Part shown: piece by piece, positions 10,104 through 19,648 of the stretch
How positions within the stretch are numbered: the stretch's first letter is position 1
How the letters are laid out: each line of letters starts with the position of its first letter
From: an uncultured delta proteobacterium
Lineage (GTDB): Bacteria > Desulfobacterota > Desulfuromonadia > Desulfuromonadales > JACZKF01
NCBI GenBank assembly: GCA_963816395.1
Contig: CAWFKQ010000005.1
Coordinates: 352,001-416,000 of the forward strand
Direction: 5' to 3'
DNA: 64,000 nucleotides
The notes under the pieces: model-generated
The model's input: the letters and a program-made list of their open reading frames with translations, nothing else
The model's database searches: none
Told to the model about the DNA's origin: nothing
Position numbers and translations under genes: made by a program

Positions 10104-11072
10104 TTAGCGAAAGACGCTCAACACCAGGTAGGCGAGGTAGCCGAAATAGCAGGCCACGAGCACCGCACCTTCACACCGGTTGATCCGACCGCCCCCCCGC
10201 AAACCGTAGCCGATGGCAAAAAGGGAGAGGGTCAGGATTCCCATGACCAACATATCCCGGGAGAGCACTTCCGGGGCAACGGTCATGGGGTGAATCGTTC
10301 CGGCGATGCCGACCACCGCCAGGGTGTTGAAGAGATTTGAACCGATGACGTTGCCCAGGGCGATGTCATGCTCGCCTTTGCGGGTGGCGATCACCGAGGA
10401 GGCCAGTTCGGGCAGCGAGGTGCCGATGGCGACAATGGTCAAGCCGATGATCAGGTCGCTGACCCCGAAGCCACGGGCGATCTCCACCGCCCCCCAGACC
10501 AGAATACGAGAGCTGACGATCAGCAGCACCAGACCGAGCAGCAGACGGAAGATGGCCCGGCCGAGAGGCATGGCATGCAGTTGGAGTTCCTGCTCCGTCT
10601 CCCTGCCGAGGGGGTCGGCCCCCTGGCTCAGACCTTGCCGGATGGCCCAGGCCATCAGGGCGGCGAAGACGCCCAGCAGGACGACTGCATCGGCGCGGCT
10701 AAGCTCCCCGTCCCAGAGCTGAAAGGCGGCCAGCACCGTCACGGCGATCAGGATCGGCAGTTCCTTGCGCAGCACCTGCGAATGGACGGAAATGGGGCTG
10801 ATCAGCGCCGTCAACCCAAGGATCAGGGCAATATTGGTGATATTCGAGCCGTAGGCGTTACCCAGGGCGATCCCGGGATTGCCCTGCGAGGCAGCCAGGG
10901 CCGAGACCACCATCTCCGGCGCCGAGGTGCCGAAGCCGACGATAACCATGCCGATCAGCAGGGAGGGCATGCCGAAATAACGGGCCGTAGCGGCTGATCC
11001 TTCGACAAAATGGTCGGCGCTCCAGACCAGGAGCGCCAGACCGAATAAGAGGGCAAGAGAAGCCAGTGTCAT
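10104..11072 (-). CDS. yrbG: Calcium/sodium antiporter (CaCA, YrbG family)
   Basis: Alpha repeats GTSAPE...GNAYGSN and GTSLPE...GNVIGSN. Confidence 0.92.
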   Translation of the reverse strand: MTLASLALLFGLALLVWSADHFVEGSAATARYFGMPSLLIGMVIVGFGTSAPEMVVSALAASQGNPGIALGNAYGSNITNIALILGLTALISPISVHSQVLRKELPILIAVTVLAAFQLWDGELSRADAVVLLGVFAALMAWAIRQGLSQGADPLGRETEQELQLHAMPLGRAIFRLLLGLVLLIVSSRILVWGAVEIARGFGVSDLIIGLTIVAIGTSLPELASSVIATRKGEHDIALGNVIGSNLFNTLAVVGIAGTIHPMTVAPEVLSRDMLVMGILTLSLFAIGYGLRGGGRINRCEGAVLVACYFGYLAYLVLSVFR

Positions 11073-11090
11073 ATACCTGAGTGACCTTCT

Positions 11091-11507
11091 CTAATTTTCA
11101 CGCTCGGCTCTTTCAAAGGCAGCTTGCGCCCCAGGCAGGTCCCCGAGTTTACTTCGTGCCCGGCCGATGATCCGCCAGTTTTCAGTCAGCAGGCGCTTGT
11201 CATCCCCGCCGAGGGCATTGGCTTTGGCAGCGAGGTTTTCCGCTTGCCGGTATTGTCCCTGATCCAGTCGGACGCGCGCCAGTTCCTGCCACAGCAGGGG
11301 ATTGCGCGGTTCGATGCGCAAGGCGCGTTCCAGCGAGGCGCCGGCGGCCTCCGAACGGCCGGCGGACAACTGGGTTTGTGCCTGGCCCAGCAGGGCCACC
11401 ACCGCCTCGTTCCGCGACGGTGGCGGCGGCGCACCCGGCTGCAGCCCCGCACACCCGGCAAGAAGCAGGACCGCGGCAATTATCGAAGCACTGCGCATTC
11501 CGGTCAT
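11091..11507 (-). CDS. TPR lipoprotein, LpoP-like
   Basis: Lipobox LLAGC, Pro-rich linker, TPR ASLERALRIEPRNPLLWQELARVRL; overlaps the PBP1B stop. Confidence 0.8.
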   Translation of the reverse strand: MTGMRSASIIAAVLLLAGCAGLQPGAPPPPSRNEAVVALLGQAQTQLSAGRSEAAGASLERALRIEPRNPLLWQELARVRLDQGQYRQAENLAAKANALGGDDKRLLTENWRIIGRARSKLGDLPGAQAAFERAEREN

Positions 11508-13793
11508 CGGTCGAATATCCTTTCGAACCAGCCTTTGATCGACCTGCCCAGGGAGCCCGGCCCGCACGGTGCGGACTCCGTCGGCGCCGAGCCGGCAATG
11601 AACGGAATTTCGACGGCATCCCGACACCCCTTGCCGCTGCGCAGGCCCGATACCGGGTCGATCCAGACCCGTTCGATATTCTCCGGTTCGGGCAGGATCA
11701 GCGGCTCGGGGTTCAGGCCGGCCATCATGTCCCCCCAGACGGTCATGGCCCCGGATGCCCCGGTCAGACCCGTCGACACATTGTCATCGCGTCCGACCCA
11801 GACCACGGCCAGTCGATCCTCGGTAAAGCCGGCGAACCAGCTGTCGCGAAAGTCGTCGGTGGTGCCGGTTTTTCCCGCGGCATCGAGCGCCGGCGGCAGA
11901 TAACCAGCGAGCCCGCGCGCCGTCCCCTCGCGAACCACATCCTGCATGGCCGTGGTCAACAGGTAGAGAGGCGCCGGCTCGATGGTCTGCTCCACGTTGA
12001 GCGGATAGCGCTGCAGCGGTTCACCCTCGGCGGTCAGCACTGCCCGGATCGCCCGCAGCGGCGTGCGAAAACCGCCGCCGGCAATCGTCTGGTAAACTTG
12101 CGTAACCTCCAGGGGGGAAAGGGCGTTCGAACCGAGCAGGCTGGAGGCAAACTCCGGCAGATCACGGTCAATCCCGAGCCGCTGGAGGTTGGCCATCACC
12201 CGGGAGACGCCGAGGGACAGGCCGAGCCGCACCGTCGGCACGTTGTACGAGTTCGCCAGGGCGGCTTGCAGCGACACCTCGCCGTGGAATTCCTTATCGT
12301 AGTTCTGCGGTGCCCAGTCGCCGGTGCCTGCCTGCTGCAGAACCAGTGGGCTGTCGTCAAGCAGCGTCGCCAGGGTGTAGCTCTTCGGTTGCTCCAGGGC
12401 GGTGAGGTAGACGACCGGTTTAATCAGCGAGCCGATCGGTCTTTGGGCGTCGAGAGCGCGGTTGAACCCCTCGAAACGCGGGTCGCGCCCCCCCACCAGG
12501 GCCTGGACCTCGGCGTTCTGAGTGCTGGTGACAACCAGCGCGCCCTGCAGCGTGGCGGGCTTTATGGCGCGGTCCTTTTCCAGACGCGCCAGGCGCTTGC
12601 TCAAAGCGGTTTCGGCCGCGCGCTGCACCCGGGGATCCAGGGTGGTGAAAATCTGCAGTCCTTCTGAACGCAGATCCTGGTCGCGGTAGTCGCGCGTCAA
12701 CTGGCGATACACCAGGTTCAGAAAGGCCGGATACGGAGAGGTGCCGCGGGGCGGCCTCTCGACCACGCCAAGGGGCGCCGCCTGGGCCGAACGCTCCTGC
12801 TCGGCGGTAATGACCCCCGCTTCGGCCATCTCCCCAAGGACGAGATTGCGCCGCTCCAGGGCGCGCTGCGGATGGCGGCGCGGGCTGAAATAGGTCGGCC
12901 CCTTGAGCATCCCCACCAGCAGGGCCGCCTCGGGGAGATCGAGATGGCTCAGAGGCTGATCGAAATAGAAGGGGGCCGCCAGACCGAATCCGTGAATCTC
13001 GCGGTTGCCGTCCTGCCCCAGGTAGACTTCATTGAGGTAGGTTTCGAGGATCTCGTCTTTGCGGTAATGGATCTCCAGCAGGACCGCCATCACCATTTCG
13101 GTGAGCTTTCGCTGCAGCGTGCGCTCGGCGGTCAGGTAGAAATTCTTGACGAGCTGCTGGGTCAGAGTGCTGCCGCCCTGCACGCTCTCGCCGCTTGCCG
13201 TCGCGAGGAGTGGCCCGAGCGATGCCCCGCGGATCGATGCCGTGGTGGGAATAGAACCGGCGGTCCTCAACCGCGATCAGGGCATCGACCACCTGCCTGG
13301 GTACATCGGCGAGTTTTACCAGAACCCGATCTTCGTTTTTCCCGGGATAGATGCCGCCGATCAGGGCCGGGTCCAGGCGCACGAGCGGTAACGGTTTATC
13401 CCCGGCGAGAGCGCGCAGTGCTCTCACCTGGCCGTTCCCGAACTCGACGCGCAGCGATATCGCCTCCTGGGGACCGTCGGCGAAGACGAAGGGGCGCGTG
13501 ACCAGATCCAGGGTGTCGTTGCTCCAGTGGTAAGTGCCAGGGGCCAGAGGATGCGGCGTCTCGCGGTAATCGAGCAGGGCGAGTTCCGTGTTCATTTCCG
13601 CAGGCCGCAGGCCCAGGCCCGGATACAGCTCCAGCGGCCGCGCATAGACCCGCGCCGGCAGCGCGAACCGCTTGCCCTCGAAGCGTGCCCGCACCGTGAA
13701 GTCCAGGTAGACTGTATAGATAGCGGCAAGGAGCAGTCCTGCCAGGGCAAAGAATAGCAGAAATCTTATTTTCGGATGCCGGCGTTTAGCCAT
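11504..13793 (-). CDS. mrcB: Penicillin-binding protein 1B with UB2H-like domain, frameshift near 13210
   Basis: LPARVYARPLEL, EDRRFYSHHGID, QGGSTLTQQLVKN, GSLIKP (SxxK), SYN, GKTGT. Confidence 0.9.
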
Positions 13794-14334
13794 CGTCTTT
13801 CCTAGGTCCCGCAGGAGGCCCGTTTTCTTCCTTGAAAAGAATTCTGCCAAGCCGCTTCTCGGCCTGGACCCGGTGTTGCCGAAGCCTCAAAAGGCCTCAA
13901 TCTACCACATTCGCTCTTTGATTCGAACACCTAGTTTTGTCCGTCCCCGCGATTGCTCCGCTTTTCCTCCGCTCATCAGAGGAGCCGGAAAAAGTTCCCT
14001 GTGGTTTTGGCAGATGCGAAAGCCAAGAAGCCGGCGGGGAGGTTCGAACGGACACGCCGCAACAATCCGCCATGGAAGCTTGGGCGGCCGCCGCATTGTG
14101 TCACGGCCGGATGCGATACCGCTTATTTCTCAGCTTCTTGGGCCGACGTAGCGCCCCGGCGGACAGCTGGCAACTCATTTCGCAACTGTCCGGGTGCAAG
14201 GCGCGGGATTTGCACTCCCGTTCTGAGTCATGCCGACTGCAGACGATACCCGAAGACCCTTCCATAGCTGCGAGAAATATTCCAGCAAGAAATGTTCCCT
14301 TTCCCAAATGCGGGCGCCGGTGCTTATGTCAAGA

Positions 14335-15322
14335 ATGAAGTTTCCCAGCAGTCTGATTCTGTTAATAACGTGGGTCTGTTTACTGGCACCCGGTATCCCG
14401 GCCGAGGCGGCGGAAAGCGAGTTCGCCGCCTGGCTGGAGAATGTCCGCGTGGCGGCCCGTTCCGCCGGCATTTCGGAAAAAACCGTGCAGACCGCCCTGT
14501 CCGGCATCCAGGAGCCGCTCCCCCGGGTGGTCGATCTCGATCGGAAGCAGCCCGAGTCCCTGCAGAGCTTTGCGGATTACGTCGCGGCCCGGGCCAATGA
14601 GAAACGGATCGCCAAGGGGCGCAGGATGACTGCGCCGCTATCCGACCTGGCTGGGCAGGGTCGAACGAAAATACCGGGTACAGAGACGCTTCCTGGTGGC
14701 TCTGTGGGGGATCGAAACCAATTACGGCGAACACTCAGGCAGCTTCCCGGTCATCCAGTCCCTGGTCACCCTGGCCTATGACGAGCGCCGCGGCCCCTAT
14801 TTTCGCAGGGAGCTGTTCGATGCTCTGCGGGTCCTCGACGCCGGCCACATTCCATTGGAGCGCATGAAGGGCTCCTGGGCAGGGGCCATGGGTCAATGTC
14901 AGTTCATGCCCTCCTCTTTTCGCCGTTTTGCGGTCGATGCCGAAGGCAACCATCGCATCGACATCTGGGACTCGGTTCCCGACGTGCTGGCTTCGACCGC
15001 CAATTACCTGGCAAGTGCCGGATGGAAGGATGACCAGACCTGGGGGCGTCCGGTGCGGTTGCCAAAAAATTTCGATTTCTCCCTGGCCGGACTGGATACC
15101 CGTCTGCCGCTTTCTCGCTGGCAAGCCCTCGGGGTGCGGCGCAGCAACGGCCGCGCCCTGCCCCGGCGCAATCTCGAGGCCTCGCTGATCGCCCCCGAAG
15201 GCCCCGAGGGACCGGCCTACCTGGTGTATGACAATTTCCGGGTGCTTCTGGCCTGGAACCGATCCAAATCATTTGCAGTGGCGGTCGGGACTCTTGCCGA
15301 CCGGGTTGCCGGCCGGAGATGA
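14335..15322 (+). CDS. Lytic murein transglycosylase (MltB/SltB family), frameshift near 14630
   Basis: Signal peptide, LDRKQPE, ALWGIETNYG, GSWAGAMGQCQFMPSS, YDNFRVLLAWNRS. Confidence 0.88.
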
Positions 15323-15339
15323 CAGGGGTCACACCCGGT

Positions 15340-15652
15340 TCACACCTGCACTACCAGGTCGGAATAGGCCGCCAGCGGCCGATCGGCAGTGAGAAAAAAG
15401 AGAGGTTCCGTCATGGCCTGGGCGCGCAGGATGCGGTCGAAGAGTCCTTGTGGTCCGCTACCCGGACGAGTGCTGCGGCATGCTCCGGGGTAACGGCGAG
15501 TGACTCGAAACCGCTTTCGCCGATCCCCCGGAGCAGCTCGTCCGGCTCGGCTTGCAGCTTGCCGATCCCGATCTTATGACCGATTCCCAGATGGAAGCGG
15601 CGCTGACGAAGACCGCCTCGGCGTTCATGATCCGCTCCCGAGCGGTAGTGGA
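15340..15652 (-). pseudogene. vapC: VapC/PIN toxin body, frameshifted, lacking its own 5' end
   Basis: STTARERIMNAEAVFVSAASIWE / KIGIGKL / GFESLAVTPEHA / HKD.FDRILRAQA.TEPL..LTAD...AAYSDLVVQV*. Confidence 0.8.
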
Positions 15653-15739
15653 AATCATCCGCGCTTTCGAGGGTGCCGCATGAGGCTGCTTCTCGACACC
15701 CATGTCTATCTCTGGTGGCTCGGCGATTCTCCTGTACTC
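15651..15739 (+). pseudogene. Inverted fragment: antitoxin C-terminus plus VapC N-terminus
   Basis: EIIRAFEGAA* overlapping (ATGA) with MRLLLDTHVYLWWLGDSPVL from 15680. Confidence 0.75.
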
Positions 15740-15780
15740 ACCTGTCTCGCGTCGCAGGTTCGTCGCACTGAAAGTCGCGA

Positions 15781-16419
15781 TTAACTTCCCGGTTCCGAGG
15801 AACACGCTTGAAGGCCCCGGATCTGGTGGTCGTGAAGGCGCGAGAAGAGCAGCAGGGCCGCTGATGCCCCGATAAGGGCGAAGAGCATGTCCGACTGGGT
15901 GTCCCAGGGATCTCCCTGCGTCCCCAGAAACGCATCGGCGCCCTGCCCGAGCCCGACGGCGGCCGCCCATTCGATGAGCTCGTATGCGGCGCTGATCGCC
16001 ATAACGATGCAGATCACGATGAAGGCGAGCATTTTTCTGCCGCGCACGTACTGACCGCGGATGAGGATCTCCCGGGCGACCAGGGCGGGGACGAGGCCCT
16101 GGAAGAAGTGGCCGATCTTGTCGTAGGGATTGCGGTCGAGATCGAAAAGGTCGGCAAGGTAGAAACCGAGGGGCACCCTGGCATAACTGTAGGCCCCGCC
16201 ATCAATGAGCACCACGGCATGCAGGAAGATGAAAGCATAGAGCAGACCGGTCAGCGGAAACCGGCGCCAGGTCGCCCACAGGATGGGCAGAGCGATGAAC
16301 ACCGGGAAAACCTCCAGCAGCCAGGTCGTGCGGTCATAGGGGTGGGCGCCGGAGAGCGCCAGCAGGCCCAGCAGAGCAACGGAGGCAAGGGCCAGGAATT
16401 GCGGGCGGGTTATCGACAT
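15781..16419 (-). CDS. yjdF: DUF2238/YjdF-family inner membrane protein
   Basis: PYDRTTWLLE, GGAYSYARVPLG, RNPYDKIGHFFQG, YELIEW, FLGTQGDPWDTQSDM. Confidence 0.85.
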   Translation of the reverse strand: MSITRPQFLALASVALLGLLALSGAHPYDRTTWLLEVFPVFIALPILWATWRRFPLTGLLYAFIFLHAVVLIDGGAYSYARVPLGFYLADLFDLDRNPYDKIGHFFQGLVPALVAREILIRGQYVRGRKMLAFIVICIVMAISAAYELIEWAAAVGLGQGADAFLGTQGDPWDTQSDMLFALIGASAALLLFSRLHDHQIRGLQACSSEPGS

Positions 16420-16479
16420 ATGCGGACCCTCCTGTATCTGGGGTTTTCTTTCGCGCTTCAAGGCGGGCACGGGTCATCC

Positions 16480-16762
16480 GTTCCCGAAGCCAAAGGCGTT
16501 CCCTGTCGTTCTCAGCGAGAGTGTCTCTCAGGTAGTCAGCGGCAAGTTTCTTGATCTGAGTTGCTGTCATTATTCCTGGCCTCATCAAAGCGAAAGTTCT
16601 CTCGGAGCGTTCGAGGTGTCTGGAGAAGTGAAGCCTTGCTTGCTTGCGGTCGGTAGTCTTCAGGGACTTCCTGATGTCAGACCTTGGGAACCACTGGGAC
16701 AAGTCGGAGGGGATTTTAACTCTCAGGTAAAAGACACCGCTTCGCTGCTGCAAGTATGGCAT
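16480..16762 (-). mobile_element. Truncated integrase N-terminus (DUF6538-like) next to tmRNA 3' end
   Basis: MPYLQQRSGVFYLRVKIPSDL...DIRKSLKTTDRKQAR; no catalytic R-H-R-Y domain follows. Confidence 0.7.
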
Positions 16763-16862
16763 AGAAAAGCCTCTCTAGTGTAACCCTCTGGGGGTCCAGT
16801 TGGGGTCACACTTGAGAGGCTCGGCTATGGAAACCAACGTAACTATCTGATTTCCTTCGATT

Positions 16863-17218
16863 TGGTGGAGGTGGCGGGAATCGAACCCGCGTCCGAACGT
16901 CTTTCACGTAAGGCTTCTACATGCTTAGTCTGTATATTGGATTTAACCCGCCGGAGCTCCCACAGACAGGATATCCGACGGGCGATTCTGCTTTATTTCG
17001 CCCCGGCACCGCAGACCCTTGCCGGGACTAGCCCACTAAATTGACGTCTCAGGCCCTACGCGGGCGATAGAACATGAGACGTGACGGCAATTAAGCCGCC
17101 AGTGCGTACTGAACGTCGTTGTCGGCGTTTGTGTTTGTGCCAGTTTTTTAACGAGGCCAACTGGCGTCCCCGGCATGCCACCTTCGCTTCCGACCTCCGT
17201 CGAAACCAGGTCACCCCC
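16863..17218 (-). ncRNA. ssrA: tmRNA, tag reading frame ADNDVQYALAA* (17126-17091)
   Basis: 5' GGGGGTG pairs with 3' CACCTCC-ACCA; T-arm GGTTCGATTCC; tag ending YALAA; adjacent to smpB. Confidence 0.97.
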
Positions 17219-17314
17219 CTTGAATCAGGTCCAAAATTCGCAGTGCAAAGTTGAAAAGCTATAACCGACTTCTTTTATAAACTATTTTCGTCGGAAAATC
17301 AAGGGTTTTTGGGT

Positions 17315-17776
17315 CTATTCCTGGTATTTTCCCTTGATGATTTTCCCCATCTCACGCGCCGCCTCTTTCTGCTTGAGGGACTCGCGCTTATCGTGCAGCT
17401 GCTTGCCGCGGGCGACGCCGATTTCCAGCTTGGCCCGGTTTTCCTTGAAATAGAGTTTGGTGGGGACGAGGGAAAAGCCGCGCTCCTCAACCTTGCGGTA
17501 CAGCTTGCCGATTTCCTCCCGGTGCAGCAGCAGCTTGCGCATCCGCGTCGGATCGGCGGGATTCTCCCGGCTCCCCTGCTCGTAGGGGCTGATGTGCATG
17601 TTGTTGATGAAGACTTCGCCATTTTTGATCCGGCAGAACGATTCCTTGAGGTTGACTTTACCGTCGCGCACCGATTTCACCTCGGTGCCGGTCAACATCA
17701 GACCGGCCTCGTATACCTCGTCGATAAAGAAGTCGTGATAGGCCTTCTTGTTGGTGGCGATGATTTTAATGCCCAT
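17315..17776 (-). CDS. smpB: SsrA-binding protein
   Basis: [37 protein letters not shown]. Confidence 0.97.
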   Translation of the reverse strand: MGIKIIATNKKAYHDFFIDEVYEAGLMLTGTEVKSVRDGKVNLKESFCRIKNGEVFINNMHISPYEQGSRENPADPTRMRKLLLHREEIGKLYRKVEERGFSLVPTKLYFKENRAKLEIGVARGKQLHDKRESLKQKEAAREMGKIIKGKYQE

Positions 17777-18242
17777 TCTGCAGGTCCGCGACGAAGGTCT
17801 CGTCTTCGGGTAGGATTTCGGTGATCCGCGGCATGTAGTTTTCCCGCGGCAGCGCCCGGGTGCCGACGCGAATGATTAGAAAAGCGCCGACGAGAAAGGC
17901 TGAGCCGAAAATAGCCGAAAGGAGGTTGGGATTGAGACCGGTATCCAGTCTCTCCCCTAGCACCTGCCCGATGATGCCGCCGATGACCAAGGAGATCAGC
18001 GGGACGATATACAGCATAAAGGAAGATTTCAGGAAGCTCTTGGAACTGGTCACCACCCGCACCTTGTCCCCCACCTTGGCGCCGATGACGTTATGCGCTT
18101 CGACCAGCATGGAGCGATTGTCGTTTCCCACCTGGCAGCTTTCCATTGAAGCACAGTGGTTGCAGAAACTGCCTTTCTGGCAAAGGACGACGGCGGTGGA
18201 TTTCCCCTTCAGTTCGACCACGCTGCCGGTTTCAACGATCAT
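17766..18242 (-). CDS. RseC/MucC family membrane protein
   Basis: ETGSVV, CxxC...C cluster ([10 protein letters not shown]), [11 protein letters not shown], two TM helices with YIVPL. Confidence 0.8.
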   Translation of the reverse strand: MIVETGSVVELKGKSTAVVLCQKGSFCNHCASMESCQVGNDNRSMLVEAHNVIGAKVGDKVRVVTSSKSFLKSSFMLYIVPLISLVIGGIIGQVLGERLDTGLNPNLLSAIFGSAFLVGAFLIIRVGTRALPRENYMPRITEILPEDETFVADLQNGH

Positions 18243-18344
18243 GCGCCACCTGCCCTTCCCTGTTTTGCATTTTTAGTATAACAGAGCCGATTCCCCGCCG
18301 TCACGACCCAGGCGTAAGTTTCCGATTGTAAAGGCGATGGGGTT

Positions 18345-19613
18345 TTAATGCAAGACTTCGCGGCCGGCCAGGTAAAGAAATCGCACCTCAGCGGTGCGCC
18401 CGGGGCTGCAGAGGAATTCCTCCAGATCCTGGCGAAGCGGCAGTGACGGCGGAACCAGCACCTGGAAATGCGCGCCCAGTCCCGGAGTGAGCTGCCCCAT
18501 CTCCTTTTCCAGGCCGAGGGCCTGTGCGCCGCCGCGGGTGGCGACGGCCAGCCAGGCGGCCGGATCGAGAGCACCGGCAAACCAGCTGCAGGCAAAGGCG
18601 AGTTCATCCCAGACCGACAGAGAATCGTTGCTGGCGCGGCTGTCGGTGCCGAGGGCGAGGGTCACCCCGGCCTGCCGGTACATCTCAACCGGTGCCCGCC
18701 CCACGCTCAGCCGGTTATTGGAGCGCGGGCAGAGGACCACCGCCGCCCCGACCTGGGCCAGACGGTCGGCCTCGGCCGCCGTCACCTGCACCCCATGCGC
18801 CAGCAGGACCCCATTTTTCAGCCCGCCGCGCTCCGCGAGATAAGCGACCGGCGAGAGACCGGCAGGCGGCGGCACCAGATCCCCCCAGCCAACGAAAGGG
18901 TAGAGTTCCTCAGCTATTGCCCCCGTACCGGTAGCGAAAAAATCGACCTCGGCAGCCGATTCCGCCAGATGAATAGTCAAGGGACTCCGGTGCCGGCGGG
19001 CGGTGGCAAACACTTCTTCCAGATAGTCGGGAGAGAGGCTATAGGGGGAGTGCGGAGCGAAGCCGTAAGTCATCTCCCCGACCAGCCTCTTACGGAGGAT
19101 TTCCTCGATGGCGATGAGGACCTGCCGGTTGGTCCCGGGGTCCTGTCCCAGGGTTTCCAGGAAAATCCGCCCGCGCAGAGGAGTGCCGGCATAAGCCTTG
19201 CGGGCCGGGAAATAGGACAGGATATCTCCCACGGCACCGGTGCCGGCAGCCAGTGATGCGGCAATCCCTGCCGCTACCGAAAGGTGGAAGCGCTCCCCGG
19301 AAACCTGCCGCTTGACCCGGATAACCTGGCGTATCCAGTCGACAAAGGAGGTCGCCCGGGCAGTGACGCCGGCGGATCTTGCCCACTGGGGGAAATGAGT
19401 GAGTTCGAGGTGGGTGTGGGCATTTACCAGCGGCGGCAGCAGCACGGCCTCGCCGAAATCGACGACGGCGGCGCCGGCTGAGGCGGTCCGCACTTCCAGC
19501 CACGGGCCGACGGCGGCGAGTCTCCCCGCCTGCACCAGCAGTGCGCCGTCCTCGATAGCAGGCCTACCGATGGGAAGCAGATAGCGGGCGCGGAAGAGTC
19601 TGGCTTCTGGCAT
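18345..19613 (-). CDS. Metal-dependent amidohydrolase/deaminase (SsnA-like)
   Basis: VNAHTHLE, APHSPYS, IHLAES, AHGV, LGTDSRASN. Confidence 0.85.
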   Translation of the reverse strand: MPEARLFRARYLLPIGRPAIEDGALLVQAGRLAAVGPWLEVRTASAGAAVVDFGEAVLLPPLVNAHTHLELTHFPQWARSAGVTARATSFVDWIRQVIRVKRQVSGERFHLSVAAGIAASLAAGTGAVGDILSYFPARKAYAGTPLRGRIFLETLGQDPGTNRQVLIAIEEILRKRLVGEMTYGFAPHSPYSLSPDYLEEVFATARRHRSPLTIHLAESAAEVDFFATGTGAIAEELYPFVGWGDLVPPPAGLSPVAYLAERGGLKNGVLLAHGVQVTAAEADRLAQVGAAVVLCPRSNNRLSVGRAPVEMYRQAGVTLALGTDSRASNDSLSVWDELAFACSWFAGALDPAAWLAVATRGGAQALGLEKEMGQLTPGLGAHFQVLVPPSLPLRQDLEEFLCSPGRTAEVRFLYLAGREVLH

Positions 19614-19648
19614 CTGTTCTAATGGAACCTCGATGGCCCAGGGGCAGA

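Noticed and set aside
16863..16895. Stand-alone tRNA
   Set aside because: It is the tRNA-like 3' domain of tmRNA
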